DNA of 64,000 nt from Candidatus Woesearchaeota archaeon (GTDB lineage Archaea > Nanobdellota > Nanobdellia > Woesearchaeales > JACPIF01): contig JACPIF010000011.1 of the NCBI GenBank assembly GCA_016188215.1, positions 172,159 to 236,158 on the forward strand, given 5' to 3'. Positions 29,631 to 38,799 of the stretch are shown piece after piece. A model generated the notes under the pieces. It had not been told where the DNA came from. It worked only from the letters and a program-made list of their open reading frames with translations, and ran no database searches. Numbering within the stretch: the first letter of the stretch is position 1; each line of letters begins with the position of its first letter. A program made the position numbers and the translations under genes.

Positions 29631-29731
29631 CCTATATTCCCGGCAAGCGGGTATAAATACCTTTTGGTTTGCGAGTATTCCAGGCTGCTCACCAAAAATC
29701 TTATAAATGCCCGTCTAATCTAATCGATTAA

Positions 29732-29922
29732 GGGCCCGTGGCTCAGCCTGACTAGAGCGCTCGACTGATAGGTATCGAGACTAACGTCTCGGGACCTCTC
29801 GGAACGCAAGTTCCGAAAGGTTAAGCATCTCTCAGCTTTTCGGAGGTGAGGGTGTAGAGAGCGATGCTCTCTGGCTTGACTCACAAATCGAGAGATCCGC
29901 GGTTTAAATCCGCGCGGGCCCA
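29732..29922 (+). tRNA. tRNA-Ile(GAT) with 116-nt intron at 37/38 (29771-29886)
   Basis: GGGCCCG acceptor; CTCGA-CTGATA|A-TCGAG anticodon arm; CGCGG T-stem; relaxed BHB. Confidence 0.9.
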
Positions 29923-29971
29923 TTCATTTTTACAAAAAATATTTAAAACAAGTCCACAAATAGTTATAACT

Positions 29972-30379
29972 ATGGAAGCATCAGTTGAACACCTCTTCAG
30001 TTATGCAAAAATATCAACAGAAAAATTTATTAAGAATTATTGGGATGTCGGCGCTACTGGACTGATTGCAGCAACGGCAGCATACTATCTTGATAGAACA
30101 ACAGCCTTAATTATTGCAGATTTAGCTCTTATGAGTGGTGGGTTAGGAGCCATGACTTGGGCTGGCTATAAATCAAACGCTATTAGGGTTTTTCAGGATT
30201 CTTGTGGTTATGTGATAGGGACATATTTAAGCCAATTTGCACAAGGACAATTTCCTAGAGGCTTTCTTTCCGAATTTCAATGGGGAGAATTTCTCTTTTC
30301 TATTGCAGCATTGGCAATGGCATCATACGGAAGGGAAACAAATAATGCAAATAGTAATCAACTAGAAAATTTGGTTTAG
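29972..30379 (+). CDS. Hypothetical membrane protein
   Basis: ATG at 29972 after a TATA box; hydrophobic segments. Confidence 0.6.
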   Translation: MEASVEHLFSYAKISTEKFIKNYWDVGATGLIAATAAYYLDRTTALIIADLALMSGGLGAMTWAGYKSNAIRVFQDSCGYVIGTYLSQFAQGQFPRGFLSEFQWGEFLFSIAALAMASYGRETNNANSNQLENLV

Positions 30380-30381
30380 CT

Positions 30382-30936
30382 TCACTCTTCCTTGTTCTGC
30401 GCCAAAAAGCCCTTGATATGCTCAAGCTGCTTCTTCATCTCTTCTACAGTCATCTTCCGCTCAGGCTGCACCAGTATTTTCATGTTTGGATGCAGCGCCC
30501 AGTATGCCTTCGCCCTTTTATTCCTGGGATCCCGCTTCACTATATAGCCTGCATCTTTCAGGTTTTCAAGGATTCTGGTGATAGTCCTGTTTGTAGGCAC
30601 TGAGATGTGCATCTTCCTGACAAACTTTGCCTTTATCTCGCATGCCCGCTTGACATGCGGGATCTCATCAAGTGTAACGCTGCGCTGCAGCCCGAATTCG
30701 TCAGCAAGCAGCTCTGACAGTTTCCCTTTTTTCTCTGCAAGCCCCCGCTCCCTTCCTATCATTTCATTGATGTAAAGGTCATAAACTTCAAGCGCCGTAA
30801 GCGCATTATCAGATTTCTTGAGAATATCAAACACGATCCGCTCGTCAAAGGTTAGCATGGACAGGATCGCATGGAGTTCTTCCTGCTTGAATGCCCGGGA
30901 GCTGATATTAAGATTTGCTAAGATTTGTTCGTCCAC
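30382..30936 (-). CDS. Winged-HTH-like protein
   Basis: TNRTITRILENLKDAGYIVKR helix and wing; GTG start after a purine-rich SD-like stretch. Confidence 0.65.
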   Translation of the reverse strand: MDEQILANLNISSRAFKQEELHAILSMLTFDERIVFDILKKSDNALTALEVYDLYINEMIGRERGLAEKKGKLSELLADEFGLQRSVTLDEIPHVKRACEIKAKFVRKMHISVPTNRTITRILENLKDAGYIVKRDPRNKRAKAYWALHPNMKILVQPERKMTVEEMKKQLEHIKGFLAQNKEE

Positions 30937-31105
30937 CCTCTTTACCTCTGAATTTTATAAAGAGGTTCCAAAAACAAAGTTTTTGATACCCCTTATTTCG
31001 AATGAGTTTTTATTAAACCAGCTAGTATTTAAATCTATCTGAGGTGTACTGATAAATGAATATTTTTCATAATATTTATAATATATGTGGCAGTAACAAC
31101 TAAAA

Positions 31106-31729
31106 ATGAATTACAAAAAGATTACTATTAGAAGTTACGATAAGACAGTAAAGGATTACACAAAGAATGTGAGAAACCTGCATCCAAAAAGAGAGGCTAC
31201 CGCATTCCTCTCCCTGCTTAAAAGAAATTCACTTATTCTGGACCTAGGATGCGGCCCAGGTAGAGACGCTAAAATCTTTTCTGATAAAGGGTTAAAAGTG
31301 GTAGGTGTAGATTTGTCAAAAAACATGATTTTAGCTGCTAAGAAAAACGCTCCGCGTGCAAGATTTAAAGTCATGGACTTAACAGACTTAAAGCTTAGAG
31401 ATAAGTCCTTTGATGGTATTTGGGCCCACATGAGTTTTTTGCATTTGTCAAAAAAAGATCTACTAATGGCTCTTAAAGAGGCATATCGGGTATTGAAAAG
31501 AGGAGGTATACTATACCTATCCGTAAAGCAGGGTTCAGGACAGAAATTTCTACCTGATTCACGGTACAAAGAAAACATTAAAAAATTCTGGGTCTTCTAT
31601 CAAAAAGATGAAATTGAGCAAATGCTCGTTAAATCCGGTTTTAGAATTATGCAAAGCTATGTAAAAACTCCAAAAGATTCCTATTCAAATGCTCCTAAAA
31701 TATTTATTTTCTGCCAAAAAGAAAAATAG
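31106..31729 (+). CDS. Class I SAM-dependent methyltransferase
   Basis: ILDLGCGPGRD, FDGIWA and RVLKRGG motifs. Confidence 0.9.
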   Translation: MNYKKITIRSYDKTVKDYTKNVRNLHPKREATAFLSLLKRNSLILDLGCGPGRDAKIFSDKGLKVVGVDLSKNMILAAKKNAPRARFKVMDLTDLKLRDKSFDGIWAHMSFLHLSKKDLLMALKEAYRVLKRGGILYLSVKQGSGQKFLPDSRYKENIKKFWVFYQKDEIEQMLVKSGFRIMQSYVKTPKDSYSNAPKIFIFCQKEK

Positions 31730-32017
31730 TTAGTTTTTTAGGATAACACCCTTTATAGACGCAAGCTCTTCCTTCTTCACCCTCAGGAACCATCTCCTTT
31801 CAGGATACACCACGACCGTGGTCCCTTCTCCATTGCAGAAGCCCAGGCATCCTGTTTTTGTGACCCATATTCTTCCTGCCAGCCCGTTATCCTTAACAAA
31901 TTTCTTAAGCTCAAAAAAGATGGTTTCCCCGTCAACCTTTGCACAGCACTCGCGTTCTTCGCGGAAATTGGTGCAAACCAGGACATGCTTGGCATAGTTA
32001 GGCAAGATCTCTTCCAT
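31730..32017 (-). CDS. Thioredoxin-like [2Fe-2S] ferredoxin
   Basis: HVLVCTN..CC..TGCLGFC..VVVYPE. Confidence 0.88.
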   Translation of the reverse strand: MEEILPNYAKHVLVCTNFREERECCAKVDGETIFFELKKFVKDNGLAGRIWVTKTGCLGFCNGEGTTVVVYPERRWFLRVKKEELASIKGVILKN

Positions 32018-32049
32018 ACGTTATAGGATAACCATCATAATAAAAGCTT

Positions 32050-32637
32050 TTAGGCTATTGGTATGTGCTGCGCTATATAGAATATTACGAAGAGGCCGGC
32101 AGCATTAAGGAAGAATGAGAGGAGCGCGAAAGCCTTCTCGTGTATCCTGGTGAATGCCGCAAGCAATGCCACGCCTATCTCATCTGGCAGTGGCGATGCA
32201 ATAAAGATGCAGGCAACTAAGATGCTCAACTGCTTCCGCAGGCTATATGGAAGCCGCTTGAACTGCGCTAATATCCAGAAAAGCGGCTGCCTGCCTGCCA
32301 AATGATTGATTTCACTCAGCAGCGCAAGCTTAACGAATTCAAATATGAACATGTCAGCAAGGAGGGCACCTGTAGCAGCCACTACGGTTGCTGCATATAT
32401 GTTTACCTCAGATCCGGCCAGCAGGAAAAAGGCAACGGCAATAGGTGCAGTAAAGCTGAAAACGCTCAGCAAGCCTGCAATAAACACTCCAGGATAATTA
32501 AGCCCGTGCAGTGAACGCACCAGGATATGGAAATGCTGGTTTTTGAACATGATATATGCCAGAATAAAGGAAAGCGCAACAGCAGTCAGCCGCGGGTATT
32601 CATAATTCCGGATGAACTCAAGGGTCCTGCGGTACAT
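32050..32637 (-). CDS. Multi-pass membrane protein
   Basis: Hydrophobic ORF with IASPLPDEIG motif. Confidence 0.75.
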   Translation of the reverse strand: MYRRTLEFIRNYEYPRLTAVALSFILAYIMFKNQHFHILVRSLHGLNYPGVFIAGLLSVFSFTAPIAVAFFLLAGSEVNIYAATVVAATGALLADMFIFEFVKLALLSEINHLAGRQPLFWILAQFKRLPYSLRKQLSILVACIFIASPLPDEIGVALLAAFTRIHEKAFALLSFFLNAAGLFVIFYIAQHIPIA

Positions 32638-32685
32638 GCTGAAATACTGAAACCAGTGTTATATAAAAGTATGCAAAGAAAAAAG

Positions 32686-32791
32686 CGCCCCGGACCAGAC
32701 TCGAACTGGTGACCTTATGATCTCCATCGTGAGATAACAGTCATACGCTCTCTACAGCCTTGTTTCCAGGTACCTGCTGAGCTACCGGGGC
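32686..32791 (-). tRNA. tRNA-Asn(GTT) with two introns: 20/21 (32752-32771) and 37/38 (32722-32734)
   Basis: Removing 20 + 13 nt gives a 73-nt cloverleaf; BHB-like motifs at both introns. Confidence 0.9.
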
Positions 32792-32888
32792 AAACTGTCT
32801 CGGTAGATTGATAGTTTCTTTATAAACATTTCTCTATCCGAAGTGCCAAAGAAAACATTTTTAAAACCATCATAGTTCCCATATTATA

Positions 32889-33461
32889 ATGGTTGAGCAT
32901 GAAATTAAAGAGAGGCTGATATTTCTTAGGACGTTTCTTAAGAATCCAAAAGAGGTCGGCAGCATCACGCCCAGCTCGCGGTTCCTGCAGGAGAGCATGC
33001 TCAGGCATGTGGACTTCAGGAAGGCAAGGCATATCGTTGAATACGGCGCAGGCACCGGCATCCTCACCAGGGAGATTCTGAAGCATGCGCGCCCTGATGC
33101 GCGCATTCTATGCTTTGAGACGAACAGGAAATTCTGCCGCTACCTGAAAAATCATTTCAATGACATGCGGCTTACCATTATCAATGACAGCGCTGAGAAT
33201 ATCAGCCAGCACCTTCATCGCCATAATATGCTGAGCATTGACTATGCGCTTTCCTCGCTTCCTTTCTCAAACCTGGCCGAATCAGAAAAGGCAAGGATTA
33301 TGCAGGGCACGCGTGCAGCCCTTGCCCGCTCAGGCTCGTTTATTCTCTACAAGTATACTGTAAATTTCAGGCAGTACCTGAAGTACTATTTCAGGAGGAT
33401 ATCCAGGATCTTCGTGCCGTTGAACCTCCCACCTACCTTTGTCTATATCTGCCAGAAATAG
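32889..33461 (+). CDS. Phospholipid N-methyltransferase-like (PmtA-type) SAM methyltransferase
   Basis: FLKNPKEVGSITPSSRFL, VEYGAGTG, SSLPF and NLPPTFV pattern. Confidence 0.8.
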   Translation: MVEHEIKERLIFLRTFLKNPKEVGSITPSSRFLQESMLRHVDFRKARHIVEYGAGTGILTREILKHARPDARILCFETNRKFCRYLKNHFNDMRLTIINDSAENISQHLHRHNMLSIDYALSSLPFSNLAESEKARIMQGTRAALARSGSFILYKYTVNFRQYLKYYFRRISRIFVPLNLPPTFVYICQK

Positions 33462-33893
33462 TTACTGCACGCTTGAGATCGCGCTGTTGCTGTAGCACTT
33501 CCCTGGATTTCCCGCCGTTCCCTTGATGCCTGCAAACGATCCGGAAGGTATCCTGTGCCAGCACGTGAACCCAGTGATGCATTCGCCGTCTGATGTGCAG
33601 AATGATGGCCCTGCCCCTGCCTCAACCGCCAGCAGCTCCTGCTCCTGCTGCAAATACTCCTCTCTGGTTATCCTGCCGGTGATATACTGCAGCTGCACGC
33701 TCTTGAGCGGGTCATCCAGCTGCTCAATCCCTATGATTATTGCGCCCTTGAACACGTCAAGCTGGCCTGTCTTCTGCTCCTGCACTTTTTCTATGTAATT
33801 CTTGCCCCAGGTCATCGTAACAGCCCCAACGACCAGCGCGAACGCTACCAGGAGCAATGTCGCCACCAGGGGTGATACGCCGAATTTGTTCAT
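33462..33893 (-). CDS. Archaeal pilin-like protein (class III signal peptide)
   Basis: MNKFG|VSPLVATLLLVAF; small Cys-rich C-terminal module. Confidence 0.8.
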   Translation of the reverse strand: MNKFGVSPLVATLLLVAFALVVGAVTMTWGKNYIEKVQEQKTGQLDVFKGAIIIGIEQLDDPLKSVQLQYITGRITREEYLQQEQELLAVEAGAGPSFCTSDGECITGFTCWHRIPSGSFAGIKGTAGNPGKCYSNSAISSVQ

Positions 33894-33896
33894 AGT

Positions 33897-34220
33897 TCAA
33901 AACTTGTTATATTTTGTATATGCCCGCTGCAGGAGCAGCATGTAAATGAAGCACGCTATGATAAGCGTCTCAAGGAAAGGATACACTATATCGCTGACCG
34001 CAACTCCGCTCGCATCCGCTATAGTCAGCAACTCCTCCGCAATATAGATGAGCAGCGCATAGAACAGCCATTTCCACGGCTCAAGGTATACCTTCCGGTT
34101 GGGCGTGAGGAACAGCTTGACAAAGAGGATAAGGACTATAACCACGAGCACAAGGTTATAGAACGGCGCCATATACCCTGCGCATTCTGCATATAGGCTT
34201 TGGAATGGGAGTGTTGTCAT
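33897..34220 (-). CDS. Small membrane protein
   Basis: 107-aa hydrophobic ORF; resembles its neighbour. Confidence 0.7.
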   Translation of the reverse strand: MTTLPFQSLYAECAGYMAPFYNLVLVVIVLILFVKLFLTPNRKVYLEPWKWLFYALLIYIAEELLTIADASGVAVSDIVYPFLETLIIACFIYMLLLQRAYTKYNKF

Positions 34221-34531
34221 TGTTTTGTCGTGTGGTGTATGTGCAGCTGCAGTGCCAGCGCATAGATCAGCAGTCCGAGAATTATGGAGGGGACTATGTG
34301 CGTGAGGAACGGCGATGTAAAAGCGTCAAAAGCCCGCAGGGCTCCCAGCACTTCCTGCAGCACGAAGAACACGAGCGCAACCGCAAGTATCTTCCATGCC
34401 CTCAGCTCCTTCCTTCGGTGGGAAACTCTAATAAGGGAAATTGCAATAGCGCCTGCAACAAATGCAAGTACTACATTTGAAATCTTCAGAATGCCCTCAA
34501 AGTATTCTACCATGTGCACCTCTTTGGTCAT
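34217..34531 (-). CDS. Small membrane protein
   Basis: 104-aa hydrophobic ORF; ATGA overlap with the next gene. Confidence 0.7.
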   Translation of the reverse strand: MTKEVHMVEYFEGILKISNVVLAFVAGAIAISLIRVSHRRKELRAWKILAVALVFFVLQEVLGALRAFDAFTSPFLTHIVPSIILGLLIYALALQLHIHHTTKQ

Positions 34532-34563
34532 TAATCCATATTTGGACTATAAAAAGATTGTCA

Positions 34564-35016
34564 TTACTGTATCTGCTTTTCAAGTAAGATTCTATTATCT
34601 TCAATAGCTAGAAAAGGAATAATCTCAATAAAGTTAAAGCCGTGCTTAATGAGATATGTAAGCATTTCCCTTCTGGTATTTCTTGTCTTAATCTTTAGCG
34701 AGGAATATCCTCTACTTTTAGCTATTTTTTCAAGATATTCCATCATTTTTGTAAGAACACCTTTCTGCCTGTGTTTAGGAATAACCCCAACCATCCAGCA
34801 ATAAAATGAGCCATCAGCGAGTTTGTTGTATGCTACCAAATAACCAGCCTGCTCTTTGCCGGCATTTGCTACAATAATTAGACAATCTTTGCCTTTACAG
34901 CGCTCCTCAAAATATTCTTTAGTATATTTTGGCTCATTAAATTCAGGAATATCTTTATGAACTGAGAGAGCTTCATCAATAATTGTTTCCCTTATTGTAA
35001 CTGGTTTATTTGTCAT
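34564..35016 (-). CDS. GNAT N-acetyltransferase
   Basis: GVIPKHRQKGV acetyl-CoA motif; YLIKHGF. Confidence 0.85.
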   Translation of the reverse strand: MTNKPVTIRETIIDEALSVHKDIPEFNEPKYTKEYFEERCKGKDCLIIVANAGKEQAGYLVAYNKLADGSFYCWMVGVIPKHRQKGVLTKMMEYLEKIAKSRGYSSLKIKTRNTRREMLTYLIKHGFNFIEIIPFLAIEDNRILLEKQIQ

Positions 35017-35568
35017 TTAGTATTGCCCCGGCGGCATTTGGTAGGGGTTCTCCTGCCTTCCTGTATTTGGCGGCTCTTCCTCGTTGAATCGTTTCCTTAC
35101 GAACATGTAGCCTATGAACAGCACCCCTCCTGCTGCCAGCCATAGCCCCATGCGCACCAATCTTCTGGTAAGCGATTCCGGGCTTAAGGGCGTGACATAT
35201 GATGTCTCCCCGTCTTGTATGCGCAGGCTTGCCTTTTCATGGAATGGCACTACAAGTACAAAATCCGTCTCATTCAGTTTGATTACGCTGCCTTTCATTT
35301 TGCCGCCCTGCGCAGTATCAGTGAACAGCAGCAAAGGGACCTCAAAGTTAAAGCCGTAGATCACTTTACTCTGCTCAGAGATGAGCTCTGCCTTGAGGCT
35401 GCCTTGCTGCATCTTCCTGTCAGGGGCGTAGCCGTCCTTTACCTGCACTTCCCTGACTGTAAACCCCTCGCTGTCATAGTGCAGCAGCACAACATACACT
35501 TTTTCTTCTGCAGCGCCTGAAAGCAATGCAAGCATTGCTGTAAAGATGAGGATTGCGCCTAGTCTCAT
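35017..35568 (-). CDS. Surface protein with signal peptide and C-terminal TM
   Basis: 183-aa ORF coupled to the M64 gene. Confidence 0.7.
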   Translation of the reverse strand: MRLGAILIFTAMLALLSGAAEEKVYVVLLHYDSEGFTVREVQVKDGYAPDRKMQQGSLKAELISEQSKVIYGFNFEVPLLLFTDTAQGGKMKGSVIKLNETDFVLVVPFHEKASLRIQDGETSYVTPLSPESLTRRLVRMGLWLAAGGVLFIGYMFVRKRFNEEEPPNTGRQENPYQMPPGQY

Positions 35569-36713
35569 CCGTACACCTCAATCCCGCCTTCTAATACTTC
35601 TTCATTCACCGGCCCGAACTGCTGTGACCGCGAGTAATCCCGCATAATTGAAGTATCCACGCTCCTGAAGAAGCTTGATGTTGTGCAGCCGGGAAAGCAG
35701 CCTGCCCCTGCCACGCTTACCCATTTCCTGCATTTGTTGTCGTCGCAGTTAGGGCTTCCCTTTGCGTCAAACCCTGCATAAAAATCATCATCTATGTATT
35801 CGTCTGCAAGCTTCCCGAATATATGGGCAAACTCGTGTATCGCGACAAACTCATCATCAGCCGTGTTTACGTACGCCACGTTTCCAAGCGAGCTGGAGCG
35901 CAGCGGCTTCGCTATGTCCACAGCCTTGTTCCTGTTATGCAGCACAATGATATAGTCATGCGGGCAGTTTATTGCATGCTGCTGCACCAGGAACTCGTCG
36001 CAGATGATGTATGCGTCAGTAGTGCATCCAAGCGCCGCCTCCTTGTCCACCCTGTAGAAATTCAGTTTTCCAATGTTGCCTTTGAACGGCTCAGTTGCAA
36101 GGAATGCGTTCAGCACATACCTGTTAACATCATCAGCAAATTTCTCCCCGCTATACCCGTCTGCGAGGAACACAATATCCAGCTTGTAGTTGGGGTCTCC
36201 TGAATAATAGACAGTAGTGCAGTCAATCGCCGCATCCTTTTCATCAATAGGCTTCACCACGGCCTTGCTCCCTGTGCTTTCCAGCCGCATAGTTATCTTC
36301 CCGTTGCGCGCCTTTATGCACTCAGGATTTTTCTGCACTTCAAGGCTTGAGAGCTGCAGCGGATATATTTTATCGCCCTGGAACAATACCCCATTGCTGC
36401 TTTTCAGGTTTTCAGCGACTCCATCCAGCTTGAGGCTGCTGTACTGGTCAAATTCCGCATCATGGCTGAAGAAGCACACTTGCTCAATATCAGCAGGCAC
36501 CGCAAGCAATACCTCCTGCACGCTCCCTGCGCTTTTCTTTGCAGTCTCCAGCAGCTTCTTGTCAAGGCTTGCCTCAAAATTCTTCCTGAGCCCCTGTTCT
36601 GAGACCGAGCCGACGCCAAACACAAGATAGTACCCTACTCCAAGGATGGCAATGCCCACTGCCGCGACTAGTATAATCAGCACCGGCATGCTCAGCAACT
36701 GCGCTTGTTTCAC
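35565..36713 (-). CDS. M64 (IgA peptidase)-like metallopeptidase with class III-type signal
   Basis: MKQAQ + hydrophobic stretch; LDIVFLADGY, HEFAHIFGKLADEY and SIMR motifs. Confidence 0.85.
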   Translation of the reverse strand: MKQAQLLSMPVLIILVAAVGIAILGVGYYLVFGVGSVSEQGLRKNFEASLDKKLLETAKKSAGSVQEVLLAVPADIEQVCFFSHDAEFDQYSSLKLDGVAENLKSSNGVLFQGDKIYPLQLSSLEVQKNPECIKARNGKITMRLESTGSKAVVKPIDEKDAAIDCTTVYYSGDPNYKLDIVFLADGYSGEKFADDVNRYVLNAFLATEPFKGNIGKLNFYRVDKEAALGCTTDAYIICDEFLVQQHAINCPHDYIIVLHNRNKAVDIAKPLRSSSLGNVAYVNTADDEFVAIHEFAHIFGKLADEYIDDDFYAGFDAKGSPNCDDNKCRKWVSVAGAGCFPGCTTSSFFRSVDTSIMRDYSRSQQFGPVNEEVLEGGIEVYG

Positions 36714-36887
36714 AGGGCAATTACTGGGACTATTCGTTTATAAAGTTTATCAAAAGTGAAAGTGCGAAGTGCGTCGCAGACTGCCGTCCAGCGTTTTGGG
36801 TGTGCGCGTTTCACAGAGCGGGGAAAACTTACAGCAATGAGACAAGCAGATGCAACAGATACAATGCTCGTTACTAATTTAGTTTTA

Positions 36888-37040
36888 AGTAAAAAATGGA
36901 AAGAAAAAAGGAGAAAAAACAAAAAAAAGGAGAAAAAACAAAAAAGAGGAGAAAAAGGAAAGAGGAAAAAATAAAACTATGGAAAAGCAGGAGAAGAAAA
37001 AGAGGGAAAAGAGCATAAAGAAATAAAAAACTGAAACGGG
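36888..37040. repeat. Long purine-rich low-complexity tract
   Basis: Almost only A/G on the plus strand; AAAAAAGGAGAAAAAAC occurs twice. Confidence 0.8.
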
Positions 37041-37138
37041 GAATACAAGTTACATCTCAGAAAAACATAAGCAGGCATCTCACAACCCTAAAAGGAATCA
37101 AAAATAAATGGCTGAGTGCCAAAAGTGCTGCGCACAGC

Positions 37139-38638
37139 CTAAGCCAGAACCTCTGCTGTGACGCTTCTCAGCATATGCTCTGTTATCTTCACGCTGTAGA
37201 ACCTTCCGAGATCAACCCTTTTATTAACGCCGACCACCAATGGATATGTTCCAGGCTGCCTGCCGAAGGTATGGTTGCCGTCGTATATTTCCATGCCGAT
37301 ATCCGCAAGAATAGTCCCTTTTGGGAACACTTTCCTGAGCATAGGCAAATCAATCTCTTTCCTGATCTGCTTCCTCCAGCTCCAGTAGAATCTTTTGTTC
37401 TTTCTCAATTCCCTGCCTCCTTTCGGGTCATCGCCAAGCGTAGTTCCAGGCAGCACCGCAACCTGCCTGATATTGATCCGCCGCAGCTGCAATCCCTCAT
37501 CCAGGAATCTTTTCAGCCATAGCATATTTTCCTCATTGGTATGCCTGCTCTCCCCTTTAAGCCCGAAGATAATGTTGATGCCCGGCAAGAATTTAGGCAT
37601 GCCGTTATATCCTTTCTCCGCGCCGTACTGGTTGATGATCTTGATGGCCTTATACGCAACTTCAGGCATGCAGTTCAAAGTATTCTCTTTTACAACCTTC
37701 CTGTCAAAGCTTTCAACGCCAAACGCAGCAACATTCCCCGGGGTGCAATATTCCACGATCAATTTTGTGATCTCAGAGCCTTTAGGCCCCACTACGCTGA
37801 TAGGATTCACATTGTCAATGTGCAGCGTCTTGATCTCAGGGCACAATTCCCGCGCGCCTTTCAGCAGTTTCTCAATCGCCGCAACATCGCCGTTCATGTA
37901 AGAATAGAAGCACGTCTGCTTGCCATACCTGAAATTCCGCACCCCGAGCTCGTAAAGTGCCTTGATCTCCATCAGCACGCCATCCGCAGGCCGGTACTGC
38001 AGCTTCTTGAAAGGCTCAACACAGAATGAGCAGGTTGCAGTCTTGCACCCTCTCCCTGTCTCTATCTCTGCCATCAGGAAATCAGGGTAGCATGGATGCT
38101 GCTTTACAATAAAAGCCCCTCTCCACGCATACTCCTCCACTTTCAGATAATTATTAATTTCAAGATAGTTCTCATTTATCTCATCAAATATGCTTAAGTC
38201 TGCTTTCTCTGCATGCTTCCCTCCCTCTAACCTGCTGCCGTGCACGCTTCCTGCAGGCCCTGTCAGCACTTTCCTGCATTTCACATCCTGCAGCAGGGAA
38301 ACTATCTCAGGCAATACCCCCGGGATGGCAGACAGGTATTTTCCGGGCACATGGATGCCAGCAACCACAATCAACTCATGTATTGTTCCCAGTATATTCT
38401 CTATGAGCTTAAAGTTAGGTGAAATATTTCTGATGCGGATATTAGTCTTCATCCGTTGCTGCGGCGCCCTGGAATGGTAATACTTAAACAATCTAAGGTC
38501 ATCAATAGTCAGGTAGAAAACCTCATGCCCCTGCATGCTCAAGGCTCCCGCTAGATACCTTGGATAAGTTCCCAGATATGGCGGAACTCCCAATCCAGCG
38601 GGCTCATCAGTGTAGCAGTCTAAGATAGCGTATCTCAT
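37139..38638 (-). CDS. Radical SAM protein with C-terminal TRAM-like domain (COG1031-like)
   Basis: DEPAGLGVPPY, ETGRGC..CSFC, LHIDN and RRINIRQV motifs. Confidence 0.9.
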   Translation of the reverse strand: MRYAILDCYTDEPAGLGVPPYLGTYPRYLAGALSMQGHEVFYLTIDDLRLFKYYHSRAPQQRMKTNIRIRNISPNFKLIENILGTIHELIVVAGIHVPGKYLSAIPGVLPEIVSLLQDVKCRKVLTGPAGSVHGSRLEGGKHAEKADLSIFDEINENYLEINNYLKVEEYAWRGAFIVKQHPCYPDFLMAEIETGRGCKTATCSFCVEPFKKLQYRPADGVLMEIKALYELGVRNFRYGKQTCFYSYMNGDVAAIEKLLKGARELCPEIKTLHIDNVNPISVVGPKGSEITKLIVEYCTPGNVAAFGVESFDRKVVKENTLNCMPEVAYKAIKIINQYGAEKGYNGMPKFLPGINIIFGLKGESRHTNEENMLWLKRFLDEGLQLRRINIRQVAVLPGTTLGDDPKGGRELRKNKRFYWSWRKQIRKEIDLPMLRKVFPKGTILADIGMEIYDGNHTFGRQPGTYPLVVGVNKRVDLGRFYSVKITEHMLRSVTAEVLA

Positions 38639-38799
38639 GAAAGAAAGCGAATAAATAAAGGGTTAAAAAGGTTGCGTAGGGTGCAACGTTTATAACCAAA
38701 AATCCAACTCCATAAAACAACGCAGTAAACTATATCTAGGCACTGGTCACTGGACATCCCCGCGTGAGATATATAAAGGGGTACAGTTTTGCGCTATGC

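Noticed and set aside
36710-36974. Lys-rich and Phe-rich ORFs
   Set aside because: Products of the low-complexity purine tract.
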